Below are positions 41,201-53,220 of a stretch of DNA of 64,000 bases, piece after piece. The position numbers and the translations under genes are program-made. The stretch comes from Podarcis filfolensis (lineage: Eukaryota): NCBI GenBank assembly GCA_964270895.1, contig OZ185435.1; one strand, 5' to 3'. The stretch's first letter is position 1; every line of letters starts with the position of its first letter. The notes below the pieces were generated by a model. It saw only the letters and a list, made by a program, of their open reading frames with translations, ran no database searches and was not told where the DNA came from.

Positions 41201-43041
41201 GAAGTGTCTGGGATCTAATGCTGCCCAGCTGACTGAATGTATGTCTGGGAGCCTTGGGCAAAAGCCACTTGACCCCTTTGCACCTCAATCAATCCAGCTG
41301 GAAAATTGGGTAAAAAGCAGAAACCTTGCTGAAAACTGATGCCATATGTCAGCTGAGTTCTCCTAGGGAAATGCGCAAATGGCAAAAGAGAGAGAGAGAG
41401 GTGGGTACATGACATTCAAGGCTTATGTGTCATGAGATAGATTTGGATTAGGTCTCCCTTGGGCTCAGTGCCTAGGAACACAGAAATATTGCTGCTACCA
41501 TCATTCCCTTGAGAGATCTGGGAGGCTTTGTGGCATAATACAGCAGCTATATCTCCTGGGGAAACAGGGTTTTGTTGGCGTCACATCCACTACGACATTC
41601 TGGTGTGTCCCAGCTGTGAGAAGCTTTGTTCTTGTCATGTTCTTTAAGGTCTGTGCAGTGATTCTGAGAGTCACGCTGAGATACACTCAATCAGACCTTC
41701 TGCCAAAGGCATGTGGAGTGAAAAAGCCCAAGTTGCGGAATAATACACAGGATGTCAAAAAATAAATAAATGTCTGTTTGAATTAATGTATGAAAAAGAT
41801 GAGGCCAGTCTCTGCATAGCTTCACCAGTGCTATCCTATGCTGGCATCTCCCAGTTGGTGGCTCCTTTTCATATTAATCTGCCAGAGACTCAGGGCTCAT
41901 CCACACTTCTCTTGATTTCTAGTCATGGGTCCAAGAGAATAACATGTTTACTGCTGAATCAGAACAAACATCAATCTGCTTTTCTTTGGATTGGCATGAC
42001 TACAAATCATGGGACAAACAAAAGAAATCAATGGGGTGGGGGATGGGAGTGTGGATAAGTCCTCTGTTCCAAACTCCAGATATAACTTGCCCTCCCTGAT
42101 TTTGCCCTCCATTATTGCTTATTATGAAGCATGCAGATGCTGCTGTGTCAGCACACTTGTGTCTTGGACTGCGTGATCTTACTGGGAAACTGACACAGGA
42201 ATTCTGTGGATTTGCTTGAGCTATAGTGGCGCAAGGAATGACTTGCACCCTGGCAAGCTGGGATGATACAACCAATGCATATTAGTCCTGGCTCTGCAAT
42301 TATGAAACTCAAGAAAAGTCCATACCAAGTTGCACAAAAGTATGGGAAGTGACATTTCTGTGTTAGAATCATGAATAGACCTGGAGGAAACATCAGTACC
42401 AAAATACCAATGACTCAACTGTAAAACTTATTTTAAGACTGAGTATCAATGCCAGAAGGGAAAAGTTAGCCCCTCTTTCTGTGAGTTTTCCATTGGATTT
42501 TAGGAGCGGCTGCTTATGTGCACCAGTTCATACAATCAATCTATAAGATTCAAACTGGTCCAACAAGCATCTATATCTTATATAAGAACAGATTTTGTTT
42601 GCATTAAAAACAACAATGCTATTGCCACTTTTTACAGTGGAAAATGTATTCTCCCCCCCCCCCTTCATTGCACCATCGTCTCCTCTTCAGTGGTATTCTG
42701 CAATCAGATGTGTCAGTGTAGCTGAGTCTTTCAGATGTTTCCAGTCCTTAAATGGACACTGAAGTATGAATGCAAGCAAACACACTTGGCTGTCACCTTG
42801 CTGTAACTAAAGTAGGCTGTTTCCAGTCCTCGACAATGGGACAGACTCATATATCACAGGCCTGTCCTATGTCCTTGGATTTAAATTAGGAATGACACTT
42901 CCCTTAACATGAATGATGTACCCAATATGAAGACAACCCATGACACTGAAAATACAATGAGAATAAGTAAGCCATCATTTGCAATGTTATGAAATATATT
43001 TATGTGGTCATACAAAATGAAGATTCATGGAATGTTATAGA

Positions 43042-43364
43042 GCAATATCAATATTAGTCTTACTCAGGTAGACCTATGAAAATACATGGACTTGACTAAC
43101 TTAAGTACATTGAAATAAAAAAAATCGTACAGTAGCACCTTAGAGACCAACTAAGTTTGTTCTGGGTATAAGCTTTTTTGTGCATGCACACTTCTTCTGA
43201 TACAGGTACGAAAGCTTATACCCAGAATAAACTTAGCTGGTCTCTAAGGTGCCACTGGACAATTTTTTTCCCTTCAGCTGTGTCAGTCCAACATGGCTAG
43301 CTATCTGAATTAAGTACATTGGTTTCAATAGGTCTGCCCTAAGTGTGACTTAGATGGATATTGC
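43042..43364. repeat. Older palindromic MITE-like element interrupted by the Penelope insertion
   Basis: Outer inverted pairs gcaatatc/gatattgc and gtcttactcaggtagacctatgaaa / tttcaataggtctgccctaagtgtgac. Confidence 0.65.
43113..43309. mobile_element. Penelope-like element deletion derivative made of inverted terminal (pLTR) segments, with 12-bp TSD
   Basis: Inverted arms 43130-43176 and 43211-43257 are 44/47 complementary. TTAAGTACATTG flanks both sides (43101-43112, 43310-43321). Sequence resembles squamate Penelope termini (gtagcaccttagagaccaactaag...gtataagcttt) from recall. Confidence 0.85.
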
Positions 43365-44755
43365 CCATAGATTTTTAAAATAAGCATTCTTCTTTTTATA
43401 TCTTAAACATGCCAAATGTGAAATTTAGCACGAACACCCAGTACAGTGCAATTGATGGGATAGAAAGAACTGTGGGAAACTGAGGTGTTTCTGGCTGTTG
43501 AGCAGAGGTCGCAGTTTCTAGCAATCCCCCGCCCCCGGGCACATTATCTGCCTCGTTTAGAGGATTATGCCATGCCCATAGGTTGATAGAACTAATCTGA
43601 AAGGTTGTTTTAATACCACATATTTTGGCGTTCAAGAATTCAAAAAAACTTTTAAGAAAGCAACAAAGCAATGAGCGGGGTGGTCATGGTTTGCACTAGC
43701 CTCATTCCCTTTGCATCACGAATGGCCTTCTTTCCAGTGTCGTGCCAGAGGGTTTGTATAAAGGATGCTGCTATGTACACCACGGAAAAAGCATTAATCA
43801 TCAGCCAAGGTCAGCAAGACAAGAACACAGAGTAGTAAAGTATGCATATATTGAAGAAGTACTGTACTGTATCTGTCTTTTTTAAGGGTCCATCAAGCTC
43901 TGTTACCTTGTGGGTTCACCACCTGCTTCAGAGCCTATTGAATTTTTTGATACTTTTTTGAGCTTAGAGGCAGGTGTTTTTGTCCCTTGGTTAATGTTCT
44001 CTATATGCTGGCAAACTGCCAGATTACCTAATTATGGACCAGCACATGTGCTGTTGCTGGCCAACAAACTGCATACATATGTCAAAGGTGGTGTGCCCAT
44101 GTTGTTTAGACAGCCATCTTTTGTCTTCCAGCAGCCATGCTTCGTTGCATCTCAGCAAAGGCCTAACACAGATAAAGGTGTCTAGTGCTGGGGAAGGTTG
44201 GGGGGGGGGGAACCCTGGTAAATCACAAGCTGACATCATCTCAAGCCAACTGCAGAAATCCCCCAAGGAGAGCACAGGCATTGGAGGTGTTGGTTGTAAG
44301 TGCCATCGTTAACACTTGCTGCAGAGGGAAGGCTTCTCAGCACTGGTGACCCCGGAGAAGTCACCCTTCTGGAAGCCAGGCAGGGCTGCAGCCAGCGTTA
44401 TTAATCCAATAAGACAGCTCCTGCCAATTAGATATAGGAGGGTTATTTATCTCAGGGGCTCATAAGGAGGTTGATTAGGACATACAGTCTTTTTTTACCT
44501 GCCTTGTAGACCTTTATTTATGCTCGAGACGGAGAAATACACAAATTTTCATTCAAAACCAAAACACTTTTCTTTAATAATTGCATTGTTGTCATATTTG
44601 TGTGCTTCAATAGCTGCCAGTTACATCAGCTCACAAGATCATTTGATCTTCATATTTAACAGGCATACAGCTGACTGTATCTTAAAAAAAAAAAATCATA
44701 TTTCAAGAAAATCAAAGTGATATACAAGAAAAGCTTTTACGGAATAATAACAACT

Positions 44756-44830
44756 GAATCATAGAATTGTGGAGTTGGAAGGGATCCCAAGGGTCATCAA
44801 TTCCAGCCCCCTGTAATGTAGGAATCTCAA
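44756..44830 (-). mobile_element. CR1-type 3' tail fragment
   Basis: gaatcatagaattgtggagttggaagggatcccaagggtcatc...aggaatctc. Confidence 0.7.
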
Positions 44831-45698
44831 CGCGTGGTTCCCCATCAAATTTGAAACCATACTGGAATTTTGACCTGTCATACATCTATTAAAAATATGC
44901 AGGGACTGTTTGGAGAGCGGCAAAACTACCGTAATTGAAATCAAATCAGCACAAGTCAAGCATTACTACAAGATGAGTAACATCCACCCACCCAGGCAGC
45001 ATCTCACTTGTGTTTGTTCAGGTCCGTTTTTCAGTGTCAACACCACAAGTTCACCTATTGGCTGGGTCAACAGGTGCAGGGTGGTGTAGAGTCTAGTAGC
45101 GATCACGTGGATTGGAAATGCATCAAAACACATGCAACATAGCTCCAAAATGTTTATTTACAATAGTACAGACAGTCATTCAAGGGCACTTCCCACTGGC
45201 TCATTACTTGTAGCTTATGCTTCTTTCATCCAGGCTTCATCATGGAAATGAAGTGACTTGGGTCTCAATGCATCAAAATAGTCCCTCATTGCCAAGTATG
45301 AAAGAATAATCAAGTCCAAAGTTGATGATTGGTAGAGGTAGAGCACCATTGTCCTCTGCAACATTAACTTTGTGCAATTGCACAACATACAAGCAAATTT
45401 CACATGTAAACCATGATCAACATCAACAGCAATAGCAGTCGGGTAGGGAGTGTCATATACAAAGTAAGTCTGCCTTTTTGAATGTTGAAATTATGACACT
45501 TTATAATTCTTTGCCCTTAAAAAAAAGTTCCCATTTGCTGTCAAACAATGTAAGTTATTCACTGCAACATACACACGTAATGTGCATTACACAAGTGAAA
45601 AAAGCAGCCTATGTGTTCCATAACATCATTAATGTAAAATACTTCTTCATGCTGAAGGTTGGAACTGTTTATTAATGTGGTTTATTAGAGAGAGAAAA

Positions 45699-46143
45699 TG
45701 TCATGACCCATGATCGAGACACCATGCACTGTCTGGCAGACTCAGAGAATGATGAGGCTCCAGCTTTGTCTTTGGGGGAAGAACTGCTAGGACCATCTTC
45801 AGAACGCTCCTAAGTAAAGGACACAGTCTTGCCACCCTCCTCTGTTTCAAAGGAGGAGTCTCCCACAGTACCCTTAACTCTCCAGCCCACAGGAACCAAA
45901 GACTGCAGAATAAGGCAAAGGTGAACCAGTTGTTCTGGGGAGGTGGGATTTACTGCATTATAGCCCTGCTAATGTACACAAGACTTCGTTTGGAGCTAGG
46001 CACTGTGGAGACAATGACTCACAATGCTAGGATAATAGGACTGTTAGATCTCTCCAAGGCTGTGCAAATGATCTGCGTGCCTTGAACTCTGGATGGCACA
46101 CTACTGGGCTTCCCCTTTGACCACGTGCTCATAGAACATGACA
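45699..46143 (+). mobile_element. Solo-LTR-like segment (Gypsy type), 445 bp
   Basis: Begins TGTCATG and ends CATGACA (7-bp terminal inverted repeat, TG..CA); higher-GC interior; no TSD detected. Confidence 0.55.
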
Positions 46144-47489
46144 CGCAGGACCTCCCTTTAAAAATAAACAAACAAACAACTAAATAAAGCAAAATTTGAT
46201 CATGTTCATTATTTGGAGGGCCTGAACAAAGAGCTTTTCAGAACTAATACATGTACAAAAAGTAAAAGCACACCTGTCAGTAATGGTGGACCAAAACAAA
46301 TTGGCTCAGGTGCAATCAGGTGAACTAAAAGAGAGGAGCATGCCTTCTAAGAGCATTACAACCCACATCAAAACCAGAAGAGTAAAAGTGCAAAGAAGCA
46401 TCCACACCTGAGCCAATGGATGGATGCCTTGTGAAAGAAAGATGGAAAGAATGACAGGAAGAAACCATGGGGGGAATGCTCTAAAAGGGTTCATCTGGAA
46501 ACACCCTTGGATACAAGACTGAATCCAGCAAGCCTATAGGCACTCTAGTTTAGTGCCCACAATGAGTGTATACATTGTGGGACAGCTTACCTGCATAGAC
46601 ACACCTACCTGTGTGTATGCCTGATGCCCATGATCCTTCCATCTTAAAAATGGATGAAGAAATAATATAATTTGGGACTTTATGTGTGTATGCCTGTGTG
46701 CAAATATATCTTGTTGCATTGGAGGCGGGGGGATGTGCAGGCTCACTGTGTGTGCAGAGCTGACAGCTCTAAAATGTGTGAGCTAGCCCTTAGGCACCTA
46801 TACTTCAGCTAGAGAGGTCCCATTACATCCCACTTGTACTTATAATGAAACATTCTACTTAGAAATCTTTCTCTCACTTTGTGATCCCTGTACCTGCTTT
46901 GGGGGCTGTTTGTACCTTGATAAGAAATGAAAAAAGCTAAAGGGGGAAAAGCCATGGGGTTTCCCCTCCATATCTCATATTCACACATTTCACTTGGCCT
47001 ATTCATCTGATCTTGTTCCTTTCAAGCTCACCATCAAATTCTGAGATGCTGTAGAAGGGAAATGAGGAGAGAGTGGCATTGAGGAGACATGGGGAAGAGT
47101 TGGAATTACTCTATCGTTTGACCTTTGCTTTGCTTTGCTGCCTTCTGACAAGGAAATAAGCCTGCCTTTGAAGAGACTGGCATTGTTCAACATATTTCCC
47201 CAAGCTTATAGAACACATCCATGATGGATAACTCTACTTGACAATGCTTTGCCCCTTCTGCAACCCTACTACATTGCTGCTATGTTCTAGACAGTAACAT
47301 TATTATACATTTTGCAATTATGCTGGGGAATGGAGGAACAGCAAGCTCATTGCCTTGGACAGAAACATCCAACACAGGCTTCTTTTTTTGAGGAACAGAT
47401 GACAGAGAGTATATGGAGAATCAGCATCCTTGGTCATGCTTACACAAAACAGTTGCATTTGTTTAACAAGGATGAATCCGTAACACAAT

Positions 47490-47875
47490 GTAGCTCCTAT
47501 TAGGTATGAATCAGTCTATTTCTGGTCTGTATTGATTTCAAATGTGTTCAGACATCCTAAGTCAATTCTGTCCCATTTCTTCATTAATCTGCATTTATTT
47601 ATTTAAAAGTCTGCATGAAATATGCACCTTTAACATATTTTATCCAAAACTCGTGTTTAAATACATGTTTTTTTATCTCAATCTAATTGCATTTCTAAAT
47701 GTATTTTATCCTATTATACATCTTAAAACATGTTTTGATACATTTTGTACCACAAAATTCAGATAAGTATGAAATCTGAAGGATAATTACACTCCAATCC
47801 ACATGCTAGACTGGGATGTGATCTGGTCAGTTTGCACTGGAATCCACAGAAATCTGTTTACTCGGCATATCCTAG
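47490..47875. mobile_element. Old AT-rich MITE-like repeat (lacertid TAGGGATG-type)
   Basis: aaaattcagataagtatgaaatctgaaggataa and terminal catatcctag resemble a recalled lizard repeat; strongly decayed. Confidence 0.35.
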
Positions 47876-48829
47876 AACGTGTACTGTTCACATTCAGCAG
47901 ACAAGAAGCAGCAGAACTGAATTTATTAGGTGATTCCTAAATAGAAATTGAAATAGTAATATGTTTTATTCATGGTAAAATATTATGTCCATTTTTGGGT
48001 ACACACAGGCTTGCAATATCGTGGAAAAAGCAGTATGTGAACCAGAAGAGCACATATAGATTTTCCTTATCATTATTAATTTTTAAATGTTTCTTTTTCC
48101 TTGTTTAAACTCTTTTATTCCTTGTTTTTTGTAACTGTTTTAATAATTTTGTGTTCTTTTGATTTATGGTTATACAATAAGGCATATTACTAGAACTACC
48201 ACTGAAATACATATTTCCTAAGATACATGAAATTGCAGTAATTAATGAGACTGTGGAGTAACCATCCATAGTCCAGGACAGTTAAATTTATTCCCCTTCC
48301 TTCTCCTTTCCCTCTCTGGCATCCCTTCCTTTGGGTAAACCTGTTTCATTTGATAGTGAATATTTTATGCAGCACTGAGCATTTTCCAAACTGTGGTGTC
48401 CTAGTTTTTCTATCTCCAGCCCCAAAGCAATGTTTTACATTATGATGCTTTCTTGGGCGAGGGAGAATAGTCTGGAGTTTTGCAAAACTGCAAGAAACAA
48501 AAGCACCACCACTCTCTAGGGTTGGGCAGGGATTCCTGTCTCATTCCTCCTCTTACTTCCATATTCCTTGACAGAAAGAAAGCTGATGCTGTGCTGTGAG
48601 TGACAGACATAAAATGGGCAAAGATGGTGTTCATTGGACCAAACTTCCACATGTAAAATGTTCACAAAAACTTCCATTCCATACTGGATTTACTTTTTTT
48701 CATTTATAGCCCACCGGTCATGTAACCCATGGTGGTTCTCAGACAGGCACTAGTATAGGGCACCAACCAGACCATAATGCATAAGGATTCCCCCAGCTTG
48801 GCAATCACTACCAGTTTAGTGCGTTTGCC

Positions 48830-49160
48830 AGTATGCTTTAACCTAGAGAAGCTAGACTGGCTCCTTCCTTGTTGTCCTTCCACTGGCAGGTGAAGTCTTC
48901 TTTTCTTGCAGGCTTTTAGGGACTTACTGCTTTTAAGAAAAGGGTTCTTAATACTGTGCTGTACTGGTTTTTTATTATCATTATCATCTGCATATTAATA
49001 GGTATGTTTCACATTGTTTTAATTCCATAGATACCGTAGTTTTGACAATAAATTTTTACACATTTTTAGCTATGTGTGTTTTATCTCTATTTCTTTTAAT
49101 TTTGTGAGCTGCCTTAAATCCCAGTTTGGGCAATAAGGTGAGATGATGATGATGATGATG
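48830..49160 (+). mobile_element. L2 LINE 3' end with (GAT)n tail
   Basis: cctagagaagctagactggctcc...ggcaggtgaagtc...gcaggctttt...tgtgagctgcctt...; (GAT)n at 49142-49160. Confidence 0.7.
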
Positions 49161-50028
49161 TGATTTGCTCATACGCTTCATGGTATATTTATTTGGTGCA
49201 AATTAAATGTTGTTATTTCTCTGCTTGACAGAGCTGGCCTTTGTCAAGAATTCTCTGTTCTTTCTCCACTCAGTTTCCATATACATTTCAATGTATTTCC
49301 ACATTATTATTATTATTTTACCTTAATAACTATATCACTCTATTGTAGTGTTCTGCTTGTCACACTTACCAATAAGGGACCCCAGTGCAATGACACAGAA
49401 AATGATCAGATGTTTCCAACCAAGTATTTCATGTAGAATAAGTCTCCCCATGCATTAGCTATTGTTATTTCCTGATGTGGAAATATGGCCTTTTGATTCT
49501 CAGATTTACCCACAAGATCCTCATATTTTACCTCCTATTGCTACTGACACCACACCACTGTTCTTGCTTCACTATCATGCCATTCATGGGGGGGGGTGTA
49601 ACAAATGTGGGGGGGGGGACAATGCAAGGGCCCTATTTAAGATCACCATTCACCACCTCCAAAAGCTGTTGTTAGGAAAGCTTTCTTAGCCAGTTTCACA
49701 TGGAGGACTTCATTTGCCTCTCAACACGTTTCGTGACTCTGCTAGAGGTCAAAACATGAAGTTTTCTTCATGGATTGGACTGGTCATTTCCTTTGATAAC
49801 AGTTTCCTAGACATAACTAGTTTTAGTTTTTCTTAGGGCATACCTTCAATGAGGACTTAGTTTGCAATCCCATGCAGCTGAGAGTAAGGCCCATTGAGAC
49901 TTAACATCTGACTAAACATGCCTAGGATTGTGCTGTTATGTGGATTTTACTATAGAATCAAAATCCAACTGCAAGGCACCTTGACACTTAAAGGGATGCA
50001 AGAAGTGATATATGTTTATAATGTAGCC

Positions 50029-50163
50029 CAGCCGTCTCCAGCCTAGTGTCCTGCACATGTTCAGGACTGCAACTCTCATCAGCCCTAGTCAGCATTGTGC
50101 AGGTCAGCACTGGTGGGAGTTTTGATCCACAACGTCTGAAGGGCACCAGGTTGGGAAAGGCTG
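50029..50163. mobile_element. Hairpin MITE, same family
   Basis: Imperfect inverted ends cagccgtctccagcctagtg / caccaggttgggaaaggctg. Confidence 0.65.
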
Positions 50164-51629
50164 GTGAATCCATACACTGAGTGAGATTTTATCTTCATCC
50201 CTGTGTTCATTGAAATCTAGTTTCTGATTCAGGAATAGGACTTTTTAACTTTTTATGAAATAGTGGTATATAAGTATTTTTCATAAATAAATAATGTGCC
50301 CAGGGCAAACTTCCACAAAGGAGGACGTGAGTTTCAGATAGGCATGAAGTTCATAATTTCTCATTTGCAAAACCAGGCACTGCCTGATCTCACCCTGATT
50401 TAACAAATGAAGAAGAAGATTTTCAGCTTGTGTTCCACATGTGGTACTGTCTGGAAAAGCTCCCCTGACTTATCTTTGACTTCTGTTTCCTTCTAGAGAG
50501 GCTTCAGTGTGTTCATCTATATTAGCTATAGCAGCTTTGGGAATACACCCTTTCCCTTTATTTGTAGAACGAGCTTTTACAGTAACTGCAAAATAGCAGC
50601 ATAGAAAGTGAGGCTTCAGCTTGTGCTTATTATGAATTATGAGTGCAGCTCTAAATCCTCTGCAGCATTTACATTACTGCCCTTTGGGGGGAAATGCAGC
50701 AGGGTGTGCACTGATCAGCAATCATGCACAGTGACGTGCACGTAGCATAGATTGCAGGTAATGGCTTCTCTCTTCTAAAGGTCTTTTTGGGTATAGGTAC
50801 ACGAGCAGGAGAAAGGCCAGCAATGTCATTAACAATGGTTTTAGCATATGATTTTTAAGTCTTTCTCCTGGTGGAGCAAGAGGGCGGAGGAAAGCCCCTC
50901 TAAACTGCTGTTGCAATGGGAGGGGAAAGCTGTTGCAGTTCCCTAAGGAACGTGCTTCACCTCCAAAACGTTACAAAACAGCAGTTCAGTGGAGGACACA
51001 GTAGCACTTAAGGAAACTGCGGCTGAAGCAAGGCAACCCATTTAATCCACTTACTGAGGTGCTCCCTGTTCTCCACTTGAAGAAGAAACGATGCATCCGT
51101 CAAGCAAAAGAAAGCCAGCATAATTCAGAGTCTTTTATGAACTAGGCAAAGCAAGTCACCACAACTACTTGTACTGCTACTGTTCAAAGCTGCTACTTCT
51201 TGTACACTTGGCTAGATCAAGACACATCAAAGAAGCTTTTCATTTTAATGAGTTGTAAACTTTGTATGAGAAATCGGGTTGGCAAAAACAGAACTCCACA
51301 GTGCCATCTGGTGTCACAGTGTTATAATGTATATACAACACATATAAAGTGCTTTTTCTTTGCCAATGTAGCCGAGTCCCCTGTCTGAGGCCATTTGTAT
51401 CGCACTGAAGTCAACGGGATTTTAGTAGCCAAACTATGAGGATGATTTTTAGCCAAAAGCTTTATATCTCTTGTGTGGTTTCTCCTTTTGAGCTAGACTA
51501 GCTTCTCCCAACAGCCTTTTCAGTTGGCATTTATCCTGATTTGCTTGCGTAAAGCTTACACGGCGGTTAGACTATGCTCTGCTGAGCCTTCATTCTGATT
51601 TTTTTACAATGTGGTTATATGGCAATGAA

Positions 51630-51744
51630 CATTAATTCTGCATTCATCTTCATTTGCAGTGTGTTTACGTATCTTCACATTATACTTTGGTTCTTCCCAT
51701 ACTTTTCAGTGTATTTCCTTGTCACTTTCCAAACTGCAAGAAGT
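51630..51744 (+). repeat. Copy B of the diverged interspersed repeat
   Basis: See 17221-17308. Confidence 0.7.
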
Positions 51745-52893
51745 AGTTTTAAAAAAATGGATGTATTGCTCTTAAATCCACTTTAACTGTGCAAACCTAT
51801 GGGTGGAATTCAAGATGAGGAGATTGCTCTGTCAGCACAAGCATTTCTGCTTGCCTGATGGAACAATCTCTCCCCCCCCCCCCCGTGCATTGTTCTAGGG
51901 CTTCTTCTAACCTGTTCTTAAGGCCAAAAAGCAAGCAAAACAATGCCCCCTTTCATGACATGTTACTGTTTGCTGGTGACTCAAATTTGACTCAATGCTT
52001 TTGGATAAAAATAGTAATTATGGGGTCAAATTCCATGTTACATAATCACAAGCCTGTCATTTTTGACTTGGCATCCTTTGTGACAGAAGTTAGAAACCAG
52101 AGAACTAGTCTAGATGATCCCAAGAACTTGCAAGTCTCCAGTGGGAGTGTTTTCTTTTTCCTTTGAGCAATAGACCCCCATGTGATATTGCAAACTCTAT
52201 TTGAAATTCCCATATTGTTCAAGAAACACATTTCCAAAGTCCTGGTGGGCTTGTGGTGCTGATCATGACTGTAGACTCTGCATATAAACAAACCGAATAA
52301 CTTCTAATTAAATGTGCAAATCTCCTGTAGCTCTTAGGCTCATAGGGTAAGTAAGTACTGTACTGTAAGTACGCCCTTTCGTGAAAAGTTTGTTGGGCCC
52401 CAGAATATAGATTTCAGGTTACTTCCTGGTCATAAAATAAAATATTTGAAAAAGAAGTATCCACTATTACTGTCTTAACTTTTCCACCACAATCTCAGCT
52501 TCTCTGTTTCTCGTGTTCACCTCCAGAGCCCAGAATACAGTGTATTACAGATTGTGCACCAGCAGCAGCCATGTCCCTCATTTAGGAATACAATGCATAT
52601 TGATTCCTGGTGATGCTTTTAGTTTCCTGCTTGTCTGTGAGCATTAAAGTCAATTTCCAGTTTTACTATTTACTCTCATGGCTCTTAAGATGCATGCCAG
52701 TAGATATGTGTTCAATGTAATTTGAGAATAGTTAGGGGCATGTCTATTTCTGTGTTAAGACATTTCTAAGGTTTTCTAAATGTATCTCTTAGCTCTCAAC
52801 ATTCTCAGGCAACAAGTGACACATTTCTGTCTCCATGGACCTTAAGGCCCAGGTTGGTGGAAAATAAATTGGGGGATGGCCTGCAGAAGCTGT

Positions 52894-53220
52894 ATGATGA
52901 TGATTATTTATCCATTGCCTTATATAACAAGGATCTCAAGGCAACTTATGCTAATATAACTAAAATACTAAATGCATTCAATAAAAATTCAGGTAAAAGT
53001 TGCCATATTAATTATCCAAAGATTAACATGTTCACACAATACAATAGTATGATCCACCATTAAAATCAAACAACAAAGCTGTACAGTGGCAGGTAAGAAA
53101 ACTTCAACAGTGAAATGCCTGAGGATAAAGATTTGGCCTGGTGCCAAAATATAACTTTGCTGACTCCAGGTGAGCTTCGCTGGGGAGAACATACCATAGA
53201 GGATAAGGGACTACTGGAAA
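52894..53220 (-). mobile_element. L2 LINE 3' remnant
   Basis: atgatgatgattatttat...gatctcaaggcaactta...gcctggtgccaaaa...ctggggaga. Confidence 0.55.

Noticed and set aside
43197-43221. Plus-strand CTGATACAGGTACGAAAGCTTATAC as an active chimeric hammerhead in BRSK2 pre-mRNA
   Set aside because: G8/A9 equivalents are wrong, and there is no stem II or 5' stem I strand.
47202-47225. AAG CTT ATA GAA CAC reads KLIEH, matching part of the next BRSK2 exon
   Set aside because: Flanking residues (CSTYFP before, IHDG-stop after) do not match VEREIAIL or PHVLKLHDV, and there are no splice sites; chance 5-aa match.
52250-52262. GTGGTGCTGA, REST/NRSE half site
   Set aside because: The GGACAG half is absent; no complete RE1 found in the window.
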